A stretch of 32,568 nt of DNA from Solirubrobacterales bacterium (lineage in GTDB: Bacteria > Actinomycetota > Thermoleophilia > Solirubrobacterales > 70-9). Positions within the stretch are counted from its first letter, which is position 1; every line of letters starts with the position of its first letter. Below the pieces are notes generated by a model. That model worked only from the letters and a program-made list of their open reading frames with translations, ran no database searches and was not told the origin of the DNA. Shown in pieces: positions 24,641 through 31,238 of the stretch. The stretch lies in the NCBI GenBank assembly GCA_035703345.1, contig DASSYK010000012.1:1-32568 (forward strand). The letters are read 5' to 3'. Both the position numbers and the translations under genes were made by a program.

Positions 24641-25945
24641 CTAGGCCGGGACGCGCTCCGAGGCGACCCGCTCGATGCGGGCGCCGAGGTCGCGCAGGCG
24701 CAGGTCGATGCGCTCGTAGCCGCGGTCGATCTGCACGATGTTGCCGATCTCCGAGGTGCCCTCGGCCGCCAGCGCGGCGATGAGCATCGCCATGCCCGCG
24801 CGGATGTCCGGGCTCTCCAGTCGCTCGCCGTGAAGACGGCTCGGACCGCTGACGATCGCCCTGTGGGGATCGCACAGCGTGATCCGAGCGCCCATCGCGA
24901 CGAGCTTGTCGACGAAGAACAGCCGGTTCTCGAACATCTTCTCGAAGATCAGGATCGTCCCGTCGGCCTGCGTCGCGAGCGCCAGGGCGATCGAGGTGAG
25001 GTCCGCCGGGAAGGCCGGCCAGGGGCCGTCGTCGATCTTCGGGATCGCGTCGCCCTGGTCGTCCTTGACGGTCAGCTTCTGCTCCGGCGGGACCAGGACG
25101 TCGTTGCCCTCGATCATCGACTGCAGCCCGAGGCGGCGAAAGTGGCGGCGGATGCCGACCAGGTCCTCGGGATCGGCGTCGCGGATGCGCAGCTCGCCGC
25201 CGGTGGTCCCGGCGAGCGCCATGAAGCTCGCGATCTCGATGTGGTCCGGGCAGATCTTGTGCTCGGCGCCGCCGAGCTTGTCGCGGCCGTGCACGGTCAT
25301 CACGTTGGAGCCGATGCCGTCCACCTGCGCGCCCATCTTGCAGAGCATGCGCGCCAGGTCCTGGACGTGGGGCTCGCAGGCGGCGTTGCCGATCGTGGTC
25401 GGCCCGGGCGTCAGCGCCGCCGCGAGCAGCGCGTTCTCGGTGCCCATCACCGAGGGCTCGTCCATGAAGATCCGGCTGGCCTTGAGCCCGTCGGCGGGAG
25501 CTTCGAGCTCGATCCAGGTGCCCCCTCCCACCTTTGCGCCCATGTCCTTGAAGGCGTCGAGGTGGGCGTCGAGGCGGCGGCGGCCGATCGTGTCCCCGCC
25601 GGGCGACGGGAGCCTGGCCTCGCCGAAGCGGGCCAGCAGCGGGCCGGCAGCGAGGAAGGAGGCGCGGATGCGCTGGGCGGGCTCCTCGTCGACCTCGTGG
25701 CTCTCGTGGACGGAGTCGGCCCGGAGGCGGACCTCGTTCTCGGCGGTCCATTCCACCTTCACGCCCAGGCCCTTGAGGAGCTCGAGCATCGAGCCGACGT
25801 CGCGAATCCGCGGCACGTTGCTGATCAGCACCTCCTCCTCGGTGAGCAGGCACGCGGCCAGGATCGGGAGCGCCGCGTTCTTGTTGCCGGCCGCGACGAT
25901 CTCGCCCGAGAGAGGGGTGCCGCCTTGGATCACGAACTTCTCCAT
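24641..25945 (-). CDS. murA: UDP-N-acetylglucosamine 1-carboxyvinyltransferase (434 aa)
   Basis: Motif AAGNKNAALPILAACLL and EPSP-synthase-fold sequence along the full length. The active-site loop reads LPSPGGDTIGRRRLD. Confidence 0.95.
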   Translation of the reverse strand: MEKFVIQGGTPLSGEIVAAGNKNAALPILAACLLTEEEVLISNVPRIRDVGSMLELLKGLGVKVEWTAENEVRLRADSVHESHEVDEEPAQRIRASFLAAGPLLARFGEARLPSPGGDTIGRRRLDAHLDAFKDMGAKVGGGTWIELEAPADGLKASRIFMDEPSVMGTENALLAAALTPGPTTIGNAACEPHVQDLARMLCKMGAQVDGIGSNVMTVHGRDKLGGAEHKICPDHIEIASFMALAGTTGGELRIRDADPEDLVGIRRHFRRLGLQSMIEGNDVLVPPEQKLTVKDDQGDAIPKIDDGPWPAFPADLTSIALALATQADGTILIFEKMFENRLFFVDKLVAMGARITLCDPHRAIVSGPSRLHGERLESPDIRAGMAMLIAALAAEGTSEIGNIVQIDRGYERIDLRLRDLGARIERVASERVPA

Positions 25946-25969
25946 CGCCGTCTAGGGTAATCGTGAGCG

Positions 25970-26560
25970 ATGACCGAGGTCTCAAGGGACGATGCATGGC
26001 GGCTGGTGACAGAGTGGGTCGAGAGCGACTCGCTGCGGAAGCACCTGCTCGGGGTCGAGGCCTCGATGCGCGCCTATGCCCGCAAGTGGGGCGAGGACGA
26101 GGAGCTCTACGCGGTCGCCGGGCTCGTGCATGACCTCGATTACGAGCGCTACCCCGACCTCGACACGGGCCATCCACGCTACGCGTTGAAGGAGCTCGAG
26201 AAGCTGGACTATCCCCGGGAGGTGATCGACGCGGTGGCCGGCCACGCCGACTTCCTCGAGGTCCCGCGGGAGACGCAGCTCGCCAGGACCCTGTATGCGG
26301 TCGACGAGCTCTCGGGCTTCGTCGCGGCCTGCGCGCTCGTGCGCCCGACGGGCATCGAGGGCATGAAGCCCAAGTCGGTCAAGAAGAAGCTGAAGCAGCC
26401 CTCGTTCGCTGCAGCCGTGGACCGAGACCAGGTCCAGCGCGGGATCGACGAGCTGGGCGTCGACGCCGACGAGCACATGGCGCTGATCATCGCGGCGCTC
26501 GCGGAGCGGGCGGATGAGCTCGGCATCGGCCCGCGCACGGGCGACTCCGCGGACGGCTAG
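25970..26560 (+). CDS. HD/HDIG-domain metal-dependent phosphohydrolase (196 aa)
   Basis: H...HD motif (HLLGVEASM...GLVHDLDY). The ATG at 25970 lies only 24 nt from the divergent murA start. Confidence 0.8.
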   Translation: MTEVSRDDAWRLVTEWVESDSLRKHLLGVEASMRAYARKWGEDEELYAVAGLVHDLDYERYPDLDTGHPRYALKELEKLDYPREVIDAVAGHADFLEVPRETQLARTLYAVDELSGFVAACALVRPTGIEGMKPKSVKKKLKQPSFAAAVDRDQVQRGIDELGVDADEHMALIIAALAERADELGIGPRTGDSADG

Positions 26561-26565
26561 GGCGA

Positions 26566-27648
26566 GTGAAGCGCTGGGTCAAGATCCTCCTGGCGGTGTT
26601 CGCCGGGATCGTGATTTTGCTCGTTCTCAACGCGATCACGGTCTCGAACGAGACCAAGGACGCCGAGCGCAACGTCGAGGGGGCCGAGCTGATCGACACC
26701 GCCAAGGGCGAGGTCCAGGTGCTCGAGGAGGGCGATCCCGCGGGCAAGCCGATCGTGCTCGTCCACTGCTACACGTGCTCGATGCACTGGTGGGACGAGA
26801 TGGCGCCGCAGCTCGCCGCCGACCACCGCGTCATCCGCACCGACCTGCTCGGCCACGGCGGCTCCGCCAAGCCCGGAAGCGGCTACTCGATCGAGGACCA
26901 GGCCGCCGCCATCGCGGAGGTGCTCGGCCGGCTCGACGTACGCGACGCGACCATCGTCGGCCATTCGCTCGGCGGCACCGTCGCGGCCGCGATCGCCGAG
27001 CAGAGCCCGGACGTCGCAGCCAAGGTGGTCATCATCGACCAGGCCGCCGACGACAGCTACGAGGACCTCTCGTTCCTCGCCGAGCTCGGCTACGAGCCCA
27101 TCGTCGGCCAGGCGCTGAAGCGCGTCACCGAGGTGGCGCCGAACTCGGTCGTCCGCGACGAGTACGAGCAGGCCTTCGCGCCGGACTTCAACATCGCCAG
27201 CGGCTTCGAGAACCCCGACCAGGTCGTCGACGACTTCGACGCGATGACCTACACGGCCTACAAGGAAGCCGCCGAGGCCGAGGGCGACTACACCGAGGTC
27301 CGCCCCCTCGACGACCGCCTCAGCGCGCTGCAGATCCCGGTGCTGGTGATCTTCGGGACCGAGGACCAGATCTACGACACGCCGGCCGCGGTCGAGCGCT
27401 ACGAGGACATCGAGAACGTGCGGATCGAGCTGATCGAGGGCGCCGGCCACTCCCCCAACGTGGAGGCGCCCGACCGCGTCGCCGCCCTGATCGCCGCGTT
27501 CGCGGCAGCCCCGACACCCGCGGAGATCGCCGCCGCCAAGGCGGCCGAGCGCGCCGCCGCGAAGAAGAAGGCGCGGGCGGCCAAGGAGAAGTCCGCGGCG
27601 GCGAAGGGCGGCGCGAAGAAGAGCGCCCCCGAGCAGCAGGGCGAGTGA
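26566..27648 (+). CDS. Membrane-anchored alpha/beta-fold hydrolase with an Ala/Lys-rich tail (360 aa)
   Basis: GTG at 26566, 5 nt after the HD gene stop. N-terminal TM helix ILLAVFAGIVILLVL, nucleophile elbow VGHSLGG and a late GAGHSPNVE His motif. Confidence 0.8.
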   Translation: MKRWVKILLAVFAGIVILLVLNAITVSNETKDAERNVEGAELIDTAKGEVQVLEEGDPAGKPIVLVHCYTCSMHWWDEMAPQLAADHRVIRTDLLGHGGSAKPGSGYSIEDQAAAIAEVLGRLDVRDATIVGHSLGGTVAAAIAEQSPDVAAKVVIIDQAADDSYEDLSFLAELGYEPIVGQALKRVTEVAPNSVVRDEYEQAFAPDFNIASGFENPDQVVDDFDAMTYTAYKEAAEAEGDYTEVRPLDDRLSALQIPVLVIFGTEDQIYDTPAAVERYEDIENVRIELIEGAGHSPNVEAPDRVAALIAAFAAAPTPAEIAAAKAAERAAAKKKARAAKEKSAAAKGGAKKSAPEQQGE

Positions 27649-27681
27649 GGCAAAACAAAGGGCCCAGTTGCCTGGGCCCTT
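27649..27681. terminator. Bidirectional intrinsic terminator
   Basis: A perfect 10-bp stem, AAGGGCCCAG-ttgc-CTGGGCCCTT (27658..27681), begins 10 nt after the hydrolase stop codon. On the minus strand it is followed by UUUGUUUUG (27657..27649). On the plus strand it is preceded by the matching A-tract. Confidence 0.7.
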
Positions 27682-27762
27682 CGCCTTGGATCGGCCTTGC
27701 GGCTTTTCCAGTTCGAGTGGTCTTTCGACCTCTCTGGAAACGACTTGCGTCGTTCCCTATGC
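27650..27762 (-). ncRNA. Predicted orphan sRNA of about 110 nt, family unknown
   Basis: Bounded by the promoter at 27796..27768 and the terminator at 27681..27649, with no ATG or GTG inside. Four adjacent hairpins lie at 27757..27736 (loop GCAA), 27734..27715 (loop GAAA), 27710..27687 (loop GCAA) and 27681..27658 (loop GCAA). Confidence 0.45.
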
Positions 27763-27767
27763 AGAGC

Positions 27768-27796
27768 AATCTACGCCCCGGCGCACGTCACGTCAA
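27768..27796 (-). promoter_or_regulatory. Near-consensus sigma-70/SigA-type promoter TTGACG-N17-TAGATT
   Basis: On the minus strand the -35 TTGACG lies at 27796..27791 and the -10 TAGATT at 27773..27768, with an exact 17-nt spacer. It sits in a non-coding, lower-GC stretch. Confidence 0.5.
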
Positions 27797-27870
27797 GTGG
27801 TTGTGAGCCGCGCTTCCCGCAAATCGCGGACAAGTCGGCCCTTCGAGCCTTCGACTCCCGGCCGCAAAGA

Positions 27871-27905
27871 GGTCTTTGTGGGGTCCATAGGCCCCACAAA
27901 CGACC
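27871..27905 (-). terminator. Long hairpin followed by UCUUUG, a candidate terminator for the zinc-ribbon gene
   Basis: GGUCG-UUUGUGGGG-loop-CCCCACAAA-GACC forms about 13 bp with one bulge. On the minus strand it is followed by TCTTTG. It lies 61 nt downstream of the stop codon at 27966. Confidence 0.4.
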
Positions 27906-27965
27906 GACATTCGCCGAGCGCGCCCGGGGCGCCGCGTCCGACGCGAAACGGCGGGCGCCCGAGCC

Positions 27966-28301
27966 TCAGCGCCAGCGGCCGCCTTCCTTCGCCCACTGGG
28001 CCAGGTGGTCGACGGAGCAGAAGCCGTCGGGGATGCGGAAGTCGCCGCGGTGGCTGACGAGGAGGACGTGGACGTCGCCGAGCTCGGCCTCGCAGAAGGA
28101 GCAGCGGGAGACCTCGTCGTCGATGCCGCCGTCCTCGGTCAGCGTGCCCGCGTCCCAGTGTGCGTCCTGCATGGCCCAGGGGACGACGTGCTCGAGGCGG
28201 CAGAAGACCGCACGGCGATCGCCGGCGGGCTCGTAGGCGCGGAAGCCCTCGCCCATCTCGACGGCGGCGCCGCACCAGGTGCACTTCTCGGTGCCCGTCA
28301 T
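27966..28301 (-). CDS. Small protein with tandem CxxC-X23/24-C-X3-H (TRASH/FCS-like) zinc-ribbon repeats (111 aa)
   Basis: Start at the ATG at 28301. Repeat 1 is CTWCGAAVEMGEGFRAYEPAGDRRAVFCRLEHVVPWA. Repeat 2 is CSFCEAELGDVHVLLVSHRGDFRIPDGFCSVDHLAQWA. The rest of ORF 27966..29348 is antisense to the dehydrogenase gene. Confidence 0.65.
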   Translation of the reverse strand: MTGTEKCTWCGAAVEMGEGFRAYEPAGDRRAVFCRLEHVVPWAMQDAHWDAGTLTEDGGIDDEVSRCSFCEAELGDVHVLLVSHRGDFRIPDGFCSVDHLAQWAKEGGRWR

Positions 28302-28337
28302 GGGTGAGCCGGCGCTCGCCGGGGTAGGTTGACCGCC

Positions 28338-29405
28338 ATGGCGGCGCTCAGGATAGTCGTGCTCGAGGGCGACCAGACCGGCCAGGAGCTGCTCGAGCAG
28401 TCGCTGCGGGTGCTCGAGCCCGGGGTGATCGGCCTGGAGGTCGAGCTGCAGCGGTTCGACCTCTCGCTGGAGAGCCGGCGCGAGACGAAGAACGAGGTCT
28501 GCGAGCGAGCGGCGGCGGCGATGGTCGAGGCCGGCCTCGGGCTGAAGGCCGCGACGATCACGCCGGAGGGCGCCGACGACGTCGGCAGCCCGAACCGGAT
28601 CATCCGCGAGGGGATCGACGGCAAGGTGATCGTCCGGACCGGGCGGCGGATCCCCGGGGTGACTCCGTTCGGGGGCATCCACCACCCGATCTCGGTGGTG
28701 CGGATGGCGGTCGAGGACGCCTACGGCGCGAAGGAGTCGCGCGAGGTCACCGACGGCGACGAGGTCGCCTACCGGACCGAGGTGATCCACCGCTCCAACT
28801 GCCGGGCGGTCGCGGAGTACGCCTTCCGCACCGCACAGAAGATCGAGGGAAAGGTCTACGGCGGGCCGAAGTGGACGGTCAGCCCCGTGTACGAGGGGAT
28901 GCTGAAGGAGGAGATGGACGCCGCCGCCGAGCGCCACCCCGGCACGCCGTACGAGCCGGTCCTGATCGACGCGACCTACGCCGGGCTGATCACCGGCCGC
29001 GCGGACTGCCCGCTGGTGGTCCCGTCGTTGAATCGCGACGGCGACCTCCTGTCCGACTTCGTCCTGCCGCTGTTCGGATCGATCGCGGGGGCCGAGTCGA
29101 TCCTGCTCTCGCTCGACGAGGAGCTGCGTCCGCGGGTGGCGATGGCCGAGGCCCCACACGGGACCGCGCCCGCCCTGGAGGGCAAGGACCTGGCGAACCC
29201 GATGGCGATGATCCTCGCCGTCGGGGCCCTGCTCGACTACGCGGCGACCAGGGGGCATGACGGCGCCGAGCGCGCCTCGCGGGCGGTCTACGCCGCCGTG
29301 ATGGAGACCACCGTCGCGGGCATCCGCACACCCGACCTCAAGGGCCACGCCTCGACCACGGAGTTCACCGACGCCGTGATCGAGCGCATCGCCGGAGCCC
29401 GCTAG
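28338..29405 (+). CDS. Isocitrate/isopropylmalate dehydrogenase family protein (355 aa)
   Basis: Motifs RIVVLEGDQTGQELL and PSLNRDGDLLSDF (the family metal/substrate motif). I preferred the ATG at 28338, with GGGGTAGG upstream. The TTG at 28329 is an alternative. Substrate specificity was not assignable. Confidence 0.85.
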   Translation: MAALRIVVLEGDQTGQELLEQSLRVLEPGVIGLEVELQRFDLSLESRRETKNEVCERAAAAMVEAGLGLKAATITPEGADDVGSPNRIIREGIDGKVIVRTGRRIPGVTPFGGIHHPISVVRMAVEDAYGAKESREVTDGDEVAYRTEVIHRSNCRAVAEYAFRTAQKIEGKVYGGPKWTVSPVYEGMLKEEMDAAAERHPGTPYEPVLIDATYAGLITGRADCPLVVPSLNRDGDLLSDFVLPLFGSIAGAESILLSLDEELRPRVAMAEAPHGTAPALEGKDLANPMAMILAVGALLDYAATRGHDGAERASRAVYAAVMETTVAGIRTPDLKGHASTTEFTDAVIERIAGAR

Positions 29406-29881
29406 ACGACCGGCCCCTCGGGGACGGGCAGCGGCGCGTCGTCCTCATCGACGACCCTGATCCAGCGCTCGATCTTGCCGTCGCGGATCCCGAACGCGGT
29501 CTTGGCGGTGCTGCCGACGCCGGCCCCGCATTCGCCCGGCCCGGGCCGCTCGGTCAGCTCGAAGGTCGCGATCGTGTAGTCGCCCGCAGTCTCTGCGCTC
29601 ACCAGCTCCGCGCCGCAGGGCAGCGCCTCGTTGAACGAGACCACGTCCTCGCGGGTGCGCAGGGCGAGCGGCGCCGTGCCGTTCTGGGCGAGGGCCGGCA
29701 GCGCGAAGTACTCGGCGGCGCCCTCCACGTCGCCCTCCCGCAGCGCCGTCGACCACTCCTCGATCACGCGGGCCTCCTCCTGGTCGGCGCCGCCGGGGAT
29801 CTCCTCGCCGTCGCCGTCGTCCCCGCCGCAGCCGGCGAGGGCCGCGGTGACCAGCAGCGAAGCGACGAGACGGGGTCTCAC
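29402..29881 (-). CDS. Putative lipoprotein (159 aa)
   Basis: GTG at 29881. Signal peptide with lipobox LVTAALAGC followed by a Gly/Asp linker. I recognised no family. Confidence 0.6.
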   Translation of the reverse strand: MRPRLVASLLVTAALAGCGGDDGDGEEIPGGADQEEARVIEEWSTALREGDVEGAAEYFALPALAQNGTAPLALRTREDVVSFNEALPCGAELVSAETAGDYTIATFELTERPGPGECGAGVGSTAKTAFGIRDGKIERWIRVVDEDDAPLPVPEGPVV

Positions 29882-29893
29882 GACTCCATGTTC

Positions 29894-30397
29894 TCAGGGC
29901 AGCTCGACCAGCTCGAAGGCGATCTCTCCCCCGCTCGCCCGCGCCAGGCCCATCGTGTGCGCGGGCGCCCGGCGCCGCTCGGTCGGGCTGCCCGGGTTGA
30001 AGATCTGGAAGCCCTGGCGGGCCTCGTGCAGGGGCAGATGCGAGTGGCCGAAGACGACGGCGTCCGCCTCCGGGAAGCGGGCCCGCATCCGCTCGAGGCG
30101 ACCGCGACGAGGGCCGGAGTCGTGGACCACCGCGATCTCGGCGCCGCCCGCCTCGAAGCTCACGCTCTCGGGCAGCTCGCGCCGCAGCTCCGGGCTGTCG
30201 ACGTTGCCGTGCACCGCGACCACCGGTCCGATCCCGCGCAGCCGGTCAAGCACGACCCGCTCGCTGAGGTCGCCGGCGTGGACGATCAGGTCGGCCTCGG
30301 CGCAGAGCTCGAGGCAGCGCTCCGGCAGGCGCCGCCCGCCGCGCGGCATGTGGGTGTCGGCGAGGATCGCGAGCCGCACGGCGGGGCCGCGCGCCAC
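29894..30397 (-). CDS. YfcE/MJ0936-type metallophosphoesterase (167 aa)
   Basis: Motifs LADTH, HAGDL, HGNVD and GHSH in the canonical order. GTG at 30397, 1 nt after the GST stop. Confidence 0.85.
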   Translation of the reverse strand: MARGPAVRLAILADTHMPRGGRRLPERCLELCAEADLIVHAGDLSERVVLDRLRGIGPVVAVHGNVDSPELRRELPESVSFEAGGAEIAVVHDSGPRRGRLERMRARFPEADAVVFGHSHLPLHEARQGFQIFNPGSPTERRRAPAHTMGLARASGGEIAFELVELP

Positions 30398-30398
30398 C

Positions 30399-31022
30399 TC
30401 AGGCGCGCGGGAGCCGGTTGATCCGGTCGACCCAGGCGGCGAGCCGCGGGTGGTCGTCGCCGGGCTGCTGGTGCACGTCGAGGATGCGGTGAAAGAGCTC
30501 GTCGTCGTCGGGGTCGCGCAGGCTCGCGTACTTGAGGAACGGGAAGGCGACGAAGTCGGCGGCCGAGACCTCGTCGCCCATCAGGAAGTCGCGGCCCTGG
30601 AGCATCCGCTCGAAGAGGGCGAGCGACTCCTGCATCCGCGCGCCCTCGCTCGCGATCACGTCCTGGTCGGGCTCTTCGCTCGAGAGCTCGAACTCGATCG
30701 TGTTCGGCGGCCCCTTCCAGACCTCGTTGAACCATTCGATGAAGACGTCCATCTCCGCCCGCCGCGCGGGGTCCGCGGGAAAGATCGCCGGCTCGGGGTA
30801 GCGCTCGTCGAGGTAGCGCAGGATCCGGGCCGAGTCGATCACGATCGTGCCCTCGTCGTCGATCACCGGCACCAACCCCTGGCCGCTGATCTCCTCGACC
30901 TCGGTGCGGTCGTCGTAGGAGATGACGATCGACTCGACCTGGTCTGTGAGGCCCTTGTGGGCGAGTGCGAGGACGACGCGCTCGACGTTGGTCGAGTACG
31001 GAGCCCGGTAGAGCCAGATCAC
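30399..31022 (-). CDS. Glutathione S-transferase family protein (207 aa)
   Basis: N-terminal thioredoxin-like pattern LVPVIDDEGTIVIDSARILRYLDERYP and a helical C-terminal domain. The GTG at 31022 overlaps the upstream stop (GTGA). Confidence 0.85.
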   Translation of the reverse strand: MIWLYRAPYSTNVERVVLALAHKGLTDQVESIVISYDDRTEVEEISGQGLVPVIDDEGTIVIDSARILRYLDERYPEPAIFPADPARRAEMDVFIEWFNEVWKGPPNTIEFELSSEEPDQDVIASEGARMQESLALFERMLQGRDFLMGDEVSAADFVAFPFLKYASLRDPDDDELFHRILDVHQQPGDDHPRLAAWVDRINRLPRA

Positions 31023-31225
31023 TCTTCGGGCTCGCGTTCTGAGCGCTCGCGCTCGGCCAGCTTGCGCGCCAGGTAGGCGGCCTTGTCGGCCCGCCGCTCG
31101 TGCTGCTGGGCCTCGTCAGGCGTCGCCGAGCCCTCGAGCGCCTCGTGCTCGTCGGTGGTGCGCTCGGCCTGCCTCAGGCGGAGCTCCCGGGTGGAGGGCT
31201 CCCGCTTGCGCTCGCGTTCGGACAT
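31019..31225 (-). CDS. Small, highly charged hypothetical protein (68 aa)
   Basis: The ATG at 31225 (MSERERKREPSTREL...) lies 13 nt after the upstream TAA, and the stop is coupled to the GST start. The sequence is R/E-rich and probably helical, with no recognised family. Confidence 0.45.
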   Translation of the reverse strand: MSERERKREPSTRELRLRQAERTTDEHEALEGSATPDEAQQHERRADKAAYLARKLAERERSEREPEE

Positions 31226-31238
31226 CGCGGCCCGAAGC

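Noticed and set aside
27650-27965. Assignment of the non-coding island to a known RNA: SRP/4.5S, 6S, RNase P, tmRNA, tRNA, 6C, a hammerhead, or a riboswitch for a downstream gene.
   Set aside because: I could not find the hallmark motifs on either strand. These include GGAAGCAGC (SRP), GAGGAAAGUCC (RNase P), GGGGCUGA...UCCACCA (tmRNA), GGUUCGAAUCC (tRNA), C-rich loops (6C) and CUGAUGA...GAAA (hammerhead). No gene lies downstream in the sense orientation, which argues against a cis-regulator. This was a by-eye check only.
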